From IMG/VR virus record IMGVR_UViG_3300032224_000782, positions 1,195 through 65,194 of that record: a stretch of DNA of 64,000 bases; one strand, 5' to 3'. This document shows positions 20,072-29,850 of this stretch, one piece after another. The position numbers and the translations under genes were made by a program. Positions within the stretch are counted from its first letter, which is position 1. Every line of letters starts with the position of its first letter. Source of the DNA: a virus. Taxonomy: Duplodnaviria > Caudoviricetes. The notes under the pieces were generated by a model. It was not told the DNA's origin and searched no databases. It saw nothing but the letters and a program-made list of their open reading frames with translations.

Positions 20072-21688
20072 ATGATATTTGGCTATTTTACACTATTTGT
20101 GGCACTGATTATTAGTGCAGTTGCCGCATACTACAGTATTGTAGGTCTCACTGCTATTTTCTCAGCGGCTGTTATTCCTATTATGATCATGGGCGGAGCA
20201 TTGGAAGTAGGTAAACTTCTTGCCGCAGTTTGGTTAAAACTAAATTGGCATAGAGCTAGATTAACTTATAAAATGTATTTGGTACCTGCAGTGGCATTTT
20301 TAATGTTACTGACATCAATGGGTATCTTTGGTTTCCTGTCTAAAGCACACAGTGATCAAACACTGGTCAGTGGAGACAGTATGAGCAGGGTTGCTATCTA
20401 TGATGAAAAGATTCGAATCTCCAAGGACAATATCGACGCAGACCGTAAAGCACTTAAACAAATGGATGAAGCAGTGGACCAAGTCATGGGCCGAAGCCAA
20501 GATGAAAAAGGTGCGGATAAAGCGGTTGCCCTACGCCGTAGTCAAGCTAAAGAAAGAACAAGACTACTTGCGGACATTGATGCCGAACAGAAAAAAATTA
20601 GTGCGTTATCTGAAGAAAGAGCGCCACTTGCGGCAGAGTTTCGTAAGATCGAAGCAGACGTTGGCCCTATAAAATACATTGCTGCCTTTATATATGGTGA
20701 TAATCCTGATGGTAATATTTTAGAACGTGCAGTACGCTGGGTTATTATTTTAATTGTATTAGTATTTGATCCTTTAGCACTTGTGCTAATTCTAGCGGCA
20801 CAACAAAGTATTAAGTGGGCACGAGAAGAAAAAGAAGATAAGTGGGCTGACGAACACGAACTAACTGAAGCATTTTATGTTGCCGAAAAAACTGAAGATC
20901 AAGAACCCAAATATGAAGCAGACGACGGCCCAGTTGACGACAACATCATAGACCAAATAAAGAAAATAGTATCCAAAGATTTGCCCAAAGGCGAAGTTGT
21001 TGAAACAACTTCACTATTTGATAAAGTTGAAGAAACAGATAGTGAAAAAGAACTTCCACAGGAACCACATAAACCAGGTTGGATGTATGGTGACTTAAAA
21101 TCTAATCCCGTACTAGACGAAAAAGACATAGAAGAAATCATTGAAGAACTTGATTTATCTAAACATGCTTACCTAAACAAACCATTTGCACATTTTGTAG
21201 GTTTAAAACCCATGGTGGCAAGAATTGAGGACTACCACGAAGAAACAGAAACAAAAACTGTTGACTCTACCGAACCGATAGTTGATATAGTAGATACAAA
21301 GACACCCGAAACCAGAAAAAGAGTTAAAGAACAAATGGTTTCCCCTCCAGCTACTATGAACGTTAATAAGTCATTGGGACTACAAGCAGATAATGTAGAA
21401 GGGCAAGCCAGCAAGAGTAGTTTTGGTACTAAATTTCCCGCTAATCCAGAACGCAGTGAATTATTCCTACGGGTAGACTATTTGCCCAATAAATTGTATA
21501 AATTTAACGGTGCAAACTGGATTGAAGTAGACAAAGCCAAGACTGACAGTTATACCTACGACGAACAATATATACTATTCTTAATAGAAAAATTACAGTC
21601 AGGTGAATACGAAATCGATCAATTAAGTGCCAGCGAGCAAGAGCTGGTTGAAGAAAAACTCAAAGAAATAGCCAATGACAAAACCTAA
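20072..21688 (+). CDS. membrane protein with coiled coil and acidic C-terminal region
   Basis: Three N-terminal TMs, coil, VFDPLA TM; TTGCAT-17-TATAAT ending 6 nt before ATG 20072. Confidence 0.75.
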   Translation: MIFGYFTLFVALIISAVAAYYSIVGLTAIFSAAVIPIMIMGGALEVGKLLAAVWLKLNWHRARLTYKMYLVPAVAFLMLLTSMGIFGFLSKAHSDQTLVSGDSMSRVAIYDEKIRISKDNIDADRKALKQMDEAVDQVMGRSQDEKGADKAVALRRSQAKERTRLLADIDAEQKKISALSEERAPLAAEFRKIEADVGPIKYIAAFIYGDNPDGNILERAVRWVIILIVLVFDPLALVLILAAQQSIKWAREEKEDKWADEHELTEAFYVAEKTEDQEPKYEADDGPVDDNIIDQIKKIVSKDLPKGEVVETTSLFDKVEETDSEKELPQEPHKPGWMYGDLKSNPVLDEKDIEEIIEELDLSKHAYLNKPFAHFVGLKPMVARIEDYHEETETKTVDSTEPIVDIVDTKTPETRKRVKEQMVSPPATMNVNKSLGLQADNVEGQASKSSFGTKFPANPERSELFLRVDYLPNKLYKFNGANWIEVDKAKTDSYTYDEQYILFLIEKLQSGEYEIDQLSASEQELVEEKLKEIANDKT

Positions 21689-22397
21689 AATATCTATATT
21701 ATTACCTACCAGAAAACGAACAAAAACCTTAGTTAACAGCATTAATAGTTTGTTGGCCAATGCCTCCGATACTAGCCGCATTGAAATATTAATTGCTTAC
21801 GATGACGACGACGATGAAAGCAGAGATTTCTTTGCTAACACCTGGGCAGACTATATCAGTCAATGTAGTGCAACTACTAAAGTATTCGAAACAGAACGTT
21901 TTGGATATCTGCGTCTTTACAAGTATGTAAACTTCCTAGCAGAGCAAGCCACAGGAGATTGGATCATGTTTTGGAATGATGATGCAGTCATGCTAACAGA
22001 AAATTGGGATGATGCTATTGTTAACGAAACAGGATACTTTGGATTACTGCGTATGCCTTGTGTAAACATGAACCATCCATTTGCACTATTTCCGATTATT
22101 CCTAGATCCTGGATTGATTTCTTTGGTAAGGTTAGTCCCGTAAATCACAGTGACTGGTGGATATACAATGTTACTGTGCCTAATGGCTGTGCTAAAAATA
22201 TTCCTGTACAGGTTTATCATGACCGTGCAGATGTTACAGGCGGCAACAATGACGAAACATTTGCAGAGCAAAGTTATGCGGCAGACGGCAAGGATCCTAC
22301 AAATCCCGAAGATTACTCACACCCAGAACGACAACTAGAGTTGCGTGAATGGATCAAAAAACTTAACGATAGAATAGTAAACAATGGTAACACTTGA
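21675..22397 (+). CDS. glycosyltransferase family 2
   Basis: ISILLPTR, IAYDDDD, FWNDD. Confidence 0.8.
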   Translation: MTKPKISILLPTRKRTKTLVNSINSLLANASDTSRIEILIAYDDDDDESRDFFANTWADYISQCSATTKVFETERFGYLRLYKYVNFLAEQATGDWIMFWNDDAVMLTENWDDAIVNETGYFGLLRMPCVNMNHPFALFPIIPRSWIDFFGKVSPVNHSDWWIYNVTVPNGCAKNIPVQVYHDRADVTGGNNDETFAEQSYAADGKDPTNPEDYSHPERQLELREWIKKLNDRIVNNGNT

Positions 22398-23160
22398 TGA
22401 AGTAAGAGATTACTGGAACAACCGTCCCTGTAATATTAGACACAGTACTAGCCCTATAGGTACAAAAGAGTATTTCGACGAAGTAGAAGCTCGTCGTTAC
22501 GCCAATGAACCACATAACTACACTTTCCCAGAATTTGAACGCTGGCGTGGTCTGCGTGTGTTGGAAATAGGTTGCGGCATTGGTACAGATGCCACAAACT
22601 TTGCTCGTGCTGGTGCAATCTATACTGGTGTTGATCTTAGTGCGGAAAGCATTAAGTTGGCCAAACAACGATTTGAAGTGTTTGGATTAGCTGGTACTTT
22701 TATTGAGTGTAACGCAGAAGAATTGGACACAGTGTTTGCCAATGGTGAACAGTTTGATTTGATTTATAGTTTTGGTGTTATACATCATGCACCTAGGCCT
22801 GCTATAGTAGTAAACAAGTTACCCAGACTATTAGCACCCGGCGGCGAAGTTAAATGTATGTTATACGCTAAAGATAGCTGGAAAAACATGCTGATTGATG
22901 CAGGATGGGATCAACCTGAAGCACAAGACAACTGTCCGCAAGCAGAGACCTATACAATAAAAGAAGCAGAAAACATGTTCAAGTATTCTGGCTTTAATCA
23001 TGTCACAGTAGAACAGGATTTTATTTTCCCTTGGAAGATTGAAAATTATGTTAAATATGAGTATGTAAAACAGCCCTGGTTTGAAGCAATGCCACCAGAG
23101 TTGTTTAAAATTATGGAACGTGCCTTAGGTTGGCACTTAATGATAACCGCAAAAGTTTAA
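22384..23160 (+). CDS. class I SAM-dependent methyltransferase
   Basis: VLEIGCGIGTD, GVDLS, FDLIYSFGVIHH. Confidence 0.9.
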   Translation: MVTLDEVRDYWNNRPCNIRHSTSPIGTKEYFDEVEARRYANEPHNYTFPEFERWRGLRVLEIGCGIGTDATNFARAGAIYTGVDLSAESIKLAKQRFEVFGLAGTFIECNAEELDTVFANGEQFDLIYSFGVIHHAPRPAIVVNKLPRLLAPGGEVKCMLYAKDSWKNMLIDAGWDQPEAQDNCPQAETYTIKEAENMFKYSGFNHVTVEQDFIFPWKIENYVKYEYVKQPWFEAMPPELFKIMERALGWHLMITAKV

Positions 23161-23168
23161 GGAATAAA

Positions 23169-23450
23169 ATGCCACGTTGCTTTATAACACCACCTGATGT
23201 AGAATACAATAAAGAGATTCCCAAAGTTCTTATTAAGAACTGTGATTGGTCAGGTGAACAAATACAATATCTACTGGAAAATCTGGGCGACAAAGAATAC
23301 GTTGTTTATCTATATCACGACAACATTGGAGATGTACAATGGTTCGAAGGAGTTAGAGCCATGGTAAAATCAAATCACATTTATGACTGCAATCATTACA
23401 AAGGTGTTGAGCCTATTGAATGGATGAGGAAAATTGACGATGAGTTTTGA
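23169..23450 (+). CDS. hypothetical protein
   Basis: AAGGA RBS, ITPPD motif. Confidence 0.6.
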   Translation: MPRCFITPPDVEYNKEIPKVLIKNCDWSGEQIQYLLENLGDKEYVVYLYHDNIGDVQWFEGVRAMVKSNHIYDCNHYKGVEPIEWMRKIDDEF

Positions 23451-23679
23451 TGCTGTAAAAAAGCAAAAAGGACTAGTTGTATACGTCAAGGATGATAACG
23501 TAGAAAAAGCCTTGCGTAAGTTTAAGAAGAAAATTGCAGACAGCGGCAAACTGCAAGGGCTACGTGAAAAAGAATTTTATGAAAAACCCACTACAGCCCG
23601 TAAAAAGGCTGCTAGTGCCGCAAAGAATCGCTGGCGTAAAAAGTTGTCAGCACAAGAGCTACCTAAAAAATTGTACTGA
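23440..23679 (+). CDS. rpsU: ribosomal protein bS21
   Basis: VEKALRKFKKK..LREKEFYEKPTTARKK..AAKNRW. Confidence 0.9.
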   Translation: MSFDAVKKQKGLVVYVKDDNVEKALRKFKKKIADSGKLQGLREKEFYEKPTTARKKAASAAKNRWRKKLSAQELPKKLY

Positions 23680-23927
23680 TGTACATAGAATGGCAATTGC
23701 CCAAAGATGTAGCATTCGCCATGCGAGTTTGGATTCACAAAGAAATCGAAAACTGGTCAGAGAAACATAGTATCCCTTACAAAACCAAATCGATAAAATA
23801 TACCTACAGATTGATTCTCAAGTCCGAAGAAGAGTATACCTTTTTTGCACTAACTTGGAATCCCCAAGGGCAACAATGGTTAAATTACTCAATAAAAGAT
23901 CCAATGAATATTGACAGAAACCGATAA
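23679..23927 (+). CDS. hypothetical protein
   Basis: Coupled ORF, YTFFALTWNP. Confidence 0.6.
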   Translation: MYIEWQLPKDVAFAMRVWIHKEIENWSEKHSIPYKTKSIKYTYRLILKSEEEYTFFALTWNPQGQQWLNYSIKDPMNIDRNR

Positions 23928-24005
23928 TTCGTGTATAAATAATATTGTAGATGCCCGGGTGGGGTCTACATTACAAACGTCATACTTGCTTAATAGGAGA
24001 AAAAC
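23911..24005 (+). promoter_or_regulatory. overlapping sigma70/late promoter plus ROSE-like RNA thermometer
   Basis: TTGACA-17-TATAAATA; hairpin TGTAGAT..GTCTACA; CTTGCT-TAAT-AGGAG pairing with bulged G over the SD. Confidence 0.65.
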
Positions 24006-24452
24006 ATGACAAACTTTACACTTCATACCTTTGATATTCCTTCACTACACCGCCATGCTATTGGCTTCGACCGCGTGTTTGATGAATTGAACCGTGCGTT
24101 TGCTAACAGCAAAAGCGATGGAAACTATCCTCCATACAATGTCGTACAACTAAACGACACACAGTATGTGATTGAAGTAGCAGTGGCAGGATTTGCCGAA
24201 ACCGAATTGGATGTTGAACTAAAAGACAGCGTTCTTATGGTCAAAGGCGAAAAAACCAAAGAAGAAGGTTCTGAAATCAATTACCTACACAAAGGTATCA
24301 GCAACCGAAATTTCACACGCAATATCACACTTGCGGAAAATGTGGAAGTTCGCGGTGCTACAGTTAAGAATGGTATTCTTAGCGTTGCCCTTGAATTGGT
24401 AATTCCTGAGGAACAAAAACCGAAAAAGATTGCAATAACATTTGCAAAATAA
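24006..24452 (+). CDS. small heat shock protein Hsp20 (IbpA-like)
   Basis: IGFDR, YPPYN, EVAVAGF, YLHKGI..R.F.R, NGIL. Confidence 0.95.
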   Translation: MTNFTLHTFDIPSLHRHAIGFDRVFDELNRAFANSKSDGNYPPYNVVQLNDTQYVIEVAVAGFAETELDVELKDSVLMVKGEKTKEEGSEINYLHKGISNRNFTRNITLAENVEVRGATVKNGILSVALELVIPEEQKPKKIAITFAK

Positions 24453-24502
24453 TCAGGAAGATGTTATAATAAAGGGTAACCAACATTACCCTTATTAAAA
24501 CT

Positions 24503-24817
24503 ATGACAACTACAGCAGAACCCAAAATTGTAAGCAAAATCAAACCCAAGGAAGATATTCCCGAGCCGGTGCGCTACAATGTGATTTATATTAACGACGA
24601 AGTGACCACGCAAGAATTCGTAACTGAGACGTTGGTCGTGATTTTCAATTATACTCACATGGCCGCAGAGGAAATGACCATGAAAATACATACAGATGGA
24701 TCTGCCGTAGTTGCCACGCTGCCATTTGAAATGGCTGAGCAAAAAGGCGTTGAAGTTACGCTACTGTCCCGTAACAACGGATTCCCATTAACAGTTAAAT
24801 TAGAACCAGCGAGCTGA
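24503..24817 (+). CDS. clpS: Clp adaptor ClpS
   Basis: YNVIYINDE..EFV, IHTDGSAVV, AEQK, FPL. Confidence 0.88.
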   Translation: MTTTAEPKIVSKIKPKEDIPEPVRYNVIYINDEVTTQEFVTETLVVIFNYTHMAAEEMTMKIHTDGSAVVATLPFEMAEQKGVEVTLLSRNNGFPLTVKLEPAS

Positions 24818-24818
24818 T

Positions 24819-25355
24819 ATGTCTATAGATGTTATGCTAGACATTGAAACTCTAGCCACTGGTCCAGACAGTGTGATACTGACTTTTGGCGCAATCAAAT
24901 TTAATCCATTTGACTCTGATAAGGAAATGACTGATGGGTTGTATATGCGAGTCAACGTTGATGAACAAATTAACTTAGGTCGTCGTGTTGATGAAGGCAC
25001 TATTGCTTGGTGGGGCACACAAAGTGACGAAGTTAAAGAAGAAGCACTGGGCGAAAGTGATCGTGTTGGTTTAGATGACTTTACTAGACAATTGAATAAA
25101 TTTGTATTAACAGCAGATCGTATTTGGGCACAGGGCCCTGTGTTTGATATTGTAATACTTGAGAACTTGTATAGGCAATTAGGTAAACCTATTCCTTGGC
25201 CATACTATTCTGTTAGAGATAGTCGTACACTCCTTAAGGCATTGGGAGACGACCGCAAAGGTGGCGCACTGCTACATAATGCCTTGGCTGACTGCGTAAG
25301 TCAAGCAGAAGCTGTACAATCAGCAGTACGCAGATATAACTTAACGGAACTATAA
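24819..25355 (+). CDS. DEDDh 3'-5' exonuclease (Rv2179c-like)
   Basis: MLDIETL, FDIVIL, RDSRT, HNALAD. Confidence 0.85.
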   Translation: MSIDVMLDIETLATGPDSVILTFGAIKFNPFDSDKEMTDGLYMRVNVDEQINLGRRVDEGTIAWWGTQSDEVKEEALGESDRVGLDDFTRQLNKFVLTADRIWAQGPVFDIVILENLYRQLGKPIPWPYYSVRDSRTLLKALGDDRKGGALLHNALADCVSQAEAVQSAVRRYNLTEL

Positions 25356-25780
25356 TGTATTACCTTGCTTACGGAATGAACACTAACTTAGAAAGCATGA
25401 AGTGGCGTTGTCCACATGCACAGAGTCTAGGCAAAGTAGTTTTAAAAAATCACAAACTGGCATTCAGGACTTTCTGCGATGTAGTATATCAACCTGGTAC
25501 TGATATGGAATGTGCGTTATGGGAGATAACTGATCATTGTGAGGTGAGTTTGGATGCACTAGAAGGATATCCTAACTTCTATGGCAAAAAAGAAGTCACA
25601 GTGGACTATAATGGTCGTAAAATTATCGCTATGATTTATTACATGAAGGACCTACATGCCATCGCACCGCCTAGCCAGCAATACTTAGACACAGTTGCAG
25701 ATGGTTATGATGACCACGACATGGATCTTAATCAATTAGTTGATGCACTTGAGGAATTAGCTGAATGTATATCATCTTAG
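25355..25780 (+). CDS. gamma-glutamylcyclotransferase-like protein
   Basis: YLAYGMN, LWEI, LDALEGYP..Y, PS..Y. Confidence 0.85.
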   Translation: MYYLAYGMNTNLESMKWRCPHAQSLGKVVLKNHKLAFRTFCDVVYQPGTDMECALWEITDHCEVSLDALEGYPNFYGKKEVTVDYNGRKIIAMIYYMKDLHAIAPPSQQYLDTVADGYDDHDMDLNQLVDALEELAECISS

Positions 25781-26064
25781 GACGAGAAGCCGCTGATGCG
25801 CTAAAAGAAAATCATACAGTGTTGGAATTAGAAACACTGGAACGAGAAGGAACAATGGTAACTGCATTCTGTGTAGTTAACAATATTCCATTTGGTGAAA
25901 TACCTTTATTAGAAAACTACAAGTCATTGCATGCAGATTTTATTAAAGCATACAACGATGGCAATTATAAATTTTGTATTGATTCTTTCGAACACCTAGT
26001 AGGTAAATTTGGTGGCGAACTAGATACGTTTTATATAGAGATGCTAAGAAGAATTAATTCTTAA
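25765..26064 (+). CDS. hypothetical protein
   Basis: 99 aa, GAGG RBS. Confidence 0.65.
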   Translation: MYIILGREAADALKENHTVLELETLEREGTMVTAFCVVNNIPFGEIPLLENYKSLHADFIKAYNDGNYKFCIDSFEHLVGKFGGELDTFYIEMLRRINS

Positions 26065-26197
26065 CTTTTTCTTTTTTCTTAGGATTAGTTGCTTTAGCCT
26101 TTTCCATCATACGTTCTGCGGCAGGGCTAGTATGATGCGGCGGCGTGTGCGGCTTATACGGTTCGTTTTTTCTTGGACTTCTTTTAAACCAACTCAT
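26054..26197 (-). CDS. small basic hypothetical protein (47 aa)
   Basis: MSWFKRSPRKNEPYKPHTPPHH...KKKEKVKN; TAAGTA 5 nt upstream on the minus strand; below the ORF-track cutoff. Confidence 0.55.
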   Translation of the reverse strand: MSWFKRSPRKNEPYKPHTPPHHTSPAAERMMEKAKATNPKKKEKVKN

Positions 26198-26285
26198 ACT
26201 AATACTTATGATTAAAATATATCTATATACAAGGCATTAATTGATATAGTTTTTTAAATAAATATATTTTCAAGTTGATATTATT

Positions 26286-26837
26286 ATGAGAATAAGACCT
26301 GTAGACTACCAAAATAATTTATTCAAAGTAGAGAATGTAGTATCTGACGAGTTGGTTGAAAAGGTATTAAACACTAATTGGCTTGAACTTGATTGGAATC
26401 GACAAGAAGGGCAAGAACACTGGCCCCGTAGACGCATTAAAGATTCGTCTATACCTTGGATTGATCAATGGAATCAAGAAATAATCAGCCGTTGGCCTGT
26501 GATCGAGACTGCTATTGGTAAAGAACTACAGTATTACAGAGGTACAGCATGGTGGCTAGACGAGCCAGGATTTATTTGCAATATGCATACCGATGGTGCA
26601 ATGCCTGGGGCTATGCAGTTAACATGGCGAGGACCAGGCACTACTTTTTATTGGGATAAGGATCCTTCTACTGTACGTTTTCAAACTCCAGAAAAAATAA
26701 ATGATGGTTACTTAATGATTAATTTACCTGAAAAAGACGGCACTAGAAAATTACTTTGGCATGCTATGTTAACTCCGTCATCCTCTTATAGATTAACATC
26801 ATATACGTATACTCCGCCTAAAGCAGTTAGTAATTAA
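26286..26837 (+). CDS. putative 2OG-Fe(II) oxygenase-like protein
   Basis: MHTD (HxD), GTTFY, WHAM, RLT. Confidence 0.55.
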   Translation: MRIRPVDYQNNLFKVENVVSDELVEKVLNTNWLELDWNRQEGQEHWPRRRIKDSSIPWIDQWNQEIISRWPVIETAIGKELQYYRGTAWWLDEPGFICNMHTDGAMPGAMQLTWRGPGTTFYWDKDPSTVRFQTPEKINDGYLMINLPEKDGTRKLLWHAMLTPSSSYRLTSYTYTPPKAVSN

Positions 26838-26886
26838 ATAATTAATCTTAACTTTTACATAAATATTTTTCCAGGAGGATAAGACC

Positions 26887-27045
26887 ATGAAACAAAAGAA
26901 ATTAGTTTCTAAATTGTATCAGGCTTGCATCCGACACGACGAGAAAACTATTCAAGAACTCAGATCCATGGAGTTCAAGAAGATTGCTAAACGCCGCGCC
27001 GAAGGCAAGACCTTTGATGCAAAGTGGACATTAGTAAGGATTTAA
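26887..27045 (+). CDS. small hypothetical protein (52 aa)
   Basis: [28 protein letters not shown]...WTLVRI. Confidence 0.65.
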   Translation: MKQKKLVSKLYQACIRHDEKTIQELRSMEFKKIAKRRAEGKTFDAKWTLVRI

Positions 27046-27046
27046 T

Positions 27047-27142
27047 ATGTTAATTAATATTGGAACTATACTTGGTGTGGGATTGGTAGTTACCATTGTG
27101 TATCTACTAGTTGAAGACCTTGTACGTCGACATAAAAAATAA
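27047..27142 (+). CDS. 31 aa single-TM peptide
   Basis: MLINIGTILGVGLVVTIVYLLVEDLVRRHKK; AAGGA upstream. Confidence 0.45.
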   Translation: MLINIGTILGVGLVVTIVYLLVEDLVRRHKK

Positions 27143-27143
27143 T

Positions 27144-27178
27144 CTGTAACAAAACTGTAACGGTCTTCTGCGTAAATA
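27144..27178 (+). promoter_or_regulatory. Pho box plus late-promoter motif
   Basis: CTGTAAC-AAAA-CTGTAAC, 11 bp, TAAATA. Confidence 0.75.
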
Positions 27179-27182
27179 CTAT

Positions 27183-28067
27183 ATGCAGAAGACCTATCGC
27201 AGTATCTTCATCAGTGATGTTCATCTTGGCACTAAGGATAGCCAAGCTGAAAAACTCAATAACTTCCTTAAACACAATACTTGCGAAACATTGTATCTTG
27301 TAGGAGATATTATCGATGCTTGGAAAATCAAACAAAACAAATGGCGCTGGAAACAAAGTCACACTAACGTCATTCGCCGTGTGCTGGGTCATAGCAAACG
27401 CGGTACTCGTGTTGTATATGTGGCTGGTAATCACGACGAGTTTCTAAGACCATTCATGCATTATGATATTGGCTTTGGTATGATCGAAGTCACTAATCAA
27501 ATCGAACACATAGGTGCTGACGGCAAACATTATCTTGTGGTGCATGGAGATATGTTTGATGGTATCACCAGACTGGCGCCATGGCTAACAATGTTGGGAG
27601 ATAAAGCCTATGATTTTATACTCAGCCTCAATACTAGAATTAATTGGATTCGTCATCGTATGGGTTTTGGGTACTTTAGCCTTAGCCTGTTTCTTAAGCA
27701 TCGTGTTAAAAAAGCTGTAGATTTTATATTTCATTTTGAACGTAATCTATCCGCATATTGTAAAAAGCGTGGGTTTGATGGTGTTATCTGCGGACACATA
27801 CACCACGCAGAAATCAAAGACATAGACGGTGTAGTATATATGAACGACGGTGACTGGGTTGAGTCGTGTACAGCATTAGTAGAGCATCACGATGGGCATT
27901 GGGAAATCATAACTTGGACACAGGAGAAAGACGATGTGGTTGATGATATTGATAGCGGTACACGTGAACAATCCAAAAGATCAACCCGGAAGAGTGGAAC
28001 TGCTGTTCAACGACCAAAGGACCTGCGAACAAGCATTGTCGACAATGAAGTACGAATTAAAATTTAA
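27183..28067 (+). CDS. plcP: PlcP-type phospholipase C (LpxH-like metallophosphoesterase)
   Basis: FISDVHLG, LVGDIID, GNHDEFLR (His, not the LpxH Arg), HGDMFD, LGDKAYD, VICGHIHHA, GDWVESCTALVEH; adjacent to Agt-like GT. Confidence 0.85.
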   Translation: MQKTYRSIFISDVHLGTKDSQAEKLNNFLKHNTCETLYLVGDIIDAWKIKQNKWRWKQSHTNVIRRVLGHSKRGTRVVYVAGNHDEFLRPFMHYDIGFGMIEVTNQIEHIGADGKHYLVVHGDMFDGITRLAPWLTMLGDKAYDFILSLNTRINWIRHRMGFGYFSLSLFLKHRVKKAVDFIFHFERNLSAYCKKRGFDGVICGHIHHAEIKDIDGVVYMNDGDWVESCTALVEHHDGHWEIITWTQEKDDVVDDIDSGTREQSKRSTRKSGTAVQRPKDLRTSIVDNEVRIKI

Positions 28068-28107
28068 AAGTTTTCGAGTAGAGGGAGTATGTCAAAAACA
28101 ATCCTAA
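27934..28107 (+). CDS. small exported two-Cys protein (57 aa) overlapping the plcP 3' end
   Basis: AGGAG RBS, MWLMILIAVHVNNPKDQPGRVELLFNDQRTCEQAL...VEGVCQKQS; not in the ORF track. Confidence 0.6.
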   Translation: MWLMILIAVHVNNPKDQPGRVELLFNDQRTCEQALSTMKYELKFKSFRVEGVCQKQS

Positions 28108-29093
28108 TCATCACAGATAATTTACCGGATCAAATAAATGGCGTTGTCACAACATATAAAAACATTGAGATTTGTGCGACTCGTGACAATTATAACGTTG
28201 TGGTGCTTCATCCCGGGTGGTTCAGCTACATTGATTGCCCTGGCTACAACGAAGTCAAGATTGCCTATCCCCGGGCGTTGGGCAAGAAGGTTGCGGAGAT
28301 CAATCCGGATCATATCCATATCGCCACAGAGGGTCCTCTTGGTCTGTGGGCTAGAAAGTATCTTTCATTATGTGATTATCGCTATAATACCGCTTATCAT
28401 ACTAAGTTTCCTGAAGGGCTAAACAAACTATTTGGCATACCAGAAGGAATAACATGGAGATTTGTGCGTTGGTTTCATAAACATAGCGGCAAAGTATTGA
28501 CAACTACTGATAGCATGGTATCTGAATTGCAAGCACGTGGATTTGACGGGGAAGTAATTTCATGGACACGTGGTGTTGATCGTGAGATATTTCATCCTAT
28601 GCATAGAGTGGAAACGACTAGCAAATATATTCTATGTGTTAGTCGTGTTAGCAAAGAAAAAAATTTAGAAGCATTTTTTGAATTAAACTACCCGGGATAT
28701 TTAAAAATTATGGTTGGGGATGGTCCCATGCTAGAAACTTATAAAAAGCAATACCCAGATGTTCATTTTACAGGATTTAAAACAGGCATAGAATTGGCAC
28801 AATACTATGCTAATGCTGAAGTGTTTGTATTTCCGTCACAGTGGGAGACCTTTGGTATTGTAATGATTGAGGCTATGGCCTGTGGCACTCCTGTGGCAGC
28901 ATATCCTTGTCAAGGCCCTGAAGATGTAATCGACGAAGGCATAACTGGTTGTCTAAATACAGATTTAAAACAAGCAGTTACTGACTGTTTATTTTTACCT
29001 AGACATCGAGTATGGGAAGGTAGTCAACGTTGGAGTTGGGATAGAGCTTGGGAAATATTTAGAGATAATCTTGTTCCTGTAACACTGCCGTAA
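28089..29093 (+). CDS. agt: GT4 glycosyltransferase, Agt-like diacylglycerol glycosyltransferase
   Basis: QINGVV, HIATEGPLG, YHTKFPE, FVRWFH, EKNLEAF, ETFGIVMIEAMACGTPVAA. Confidence 0.8.
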   Translation: MSKTILIITDNLPDQINGVVTTYKNIEICATRDNYNVVVLHPGWFSYIDCPGYNEVKIAYPRALGKKVAEINPDHIHIATEGPLGLWARKYLSLCDYRYNTAYHTKFPEGLNKLFGIPEGITWRFVRWFHKHSGKVLTTTDSMVSELQARGFDGEVISWTRGVDREIFHPMHRVETTSKYILCVSRVSKEKNLEAFFELNYPGYLKIMVGDGPMLETYKKQYPDVHFTGFKTGIELAQYYANAEVFVFPSQWETFGIVMIEAMACGTPVAAYPCQGPEDVIDEGITGCLNTDLKQAVTDCLFLPRHRVWEGSQRWSWDRAWEIFRDNLVPVTLP

Positions 29094-29111
29094 CACTTTT
29101 ATATCTAAATA
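29077..29111 (+). promoter_or_regulatory. Pho box plus late-promoter motif
   Basis: CTGTAAC-ACTG-CCGTAAC, 11 bp, TAAATA. Confidence 0.65.
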
Positions 29112-29159
29112 CTTATGTACCACAGTGGTACACACATTCAAACCCAAAAGGAGCATTTC

Positions 29160-29807
29160 ATGAGATTAGAAGACCTAGCCGCAAGATTAGTAGCTGTTGA
29201 AGCCAAGTTAGCAACACTAACTGGAACCGCAGTTAACACAGACAATGCCACAAGCATTGAAGAATTAGATGCAAGACTATCAGTAGTCGAAGTTCAAGTT
29301 GATCAATTGATTGTTGAAAAAACTCAAAGCCACATCGACGCTATCGTTTATTCACCAGCTGACGAAGCACCAGTAGCAGTTGAAGATGTAGTTTCACTAT
29401 CACCAAGCTCCGACATCCCCGAAGCTGCCGCAATCGTTACGGATGTAGTAGCTGACCAACACGAATCAGATGCAATCGGTAATCCTGAAGTTGCTGATAT
29501 GGTTACAGCCGCTGTTGTCGCAGTTGTTACAGCAGAGCCACAAACTGTATTAGATCCAGTAGCATTGACAGCCGCTATTGTAGAAGCAGTTGCTGATATG
29601 CCAACTCCTGCACCTGAAGCTGTAGAACAAGTTGTTGCCGCAGTCGCTGATGTTATCGCTACAGCAACAGGTGTCGATGTAGTTACTCCTGAAGTACAAC
29701 AACAAATTGCAGAAGCGGTTGCTATGCCTGCTGACCCACGTTTAGATGTTATTGAACAACGTTTAGATATTGCAGAAGCAAAGGTTGACAGCCTATTGGG
29801 AAAGTAA
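29160..29807 (+). CDS. acidic Ala/Val-rich protein with coiled-coil repeats
   Basis: AAGGAG RBS; L..RL..VE..(L/V) repeated three times; almost no aromatic residues. Confidence 0.7.
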   Translation: MRLEDLAARLVAVEAKLATLTGTAVNTDNATSIEELDARLSVVEVQVDQLIVEKTQSHIDAIVYSPADEAPVAVEDVVSLSPSSDIPEAAAIVTDVVADQHESDAIGNPEVADMVTAAVVAVVTAEPQTVLDPVALTAAIVEAVADMPTPAPEAVEQVVAAVADVIATATGVDVVTPEVQQQIAEAVAMPADPRLDVIEQRLDIAEAKVDSLLGK

Positions 29808-29850
29808 TATTTGTCTTTCAAAAATGGTTTAGAAAGTTTATCTGATCCAA

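Noticed and set aside
27183-28067. LpxH lipid A enzyme
   Set aside because: GNHD rather than GNRD, plus adjacency to an Agt-like GT and a Pho box, fit PlcP better
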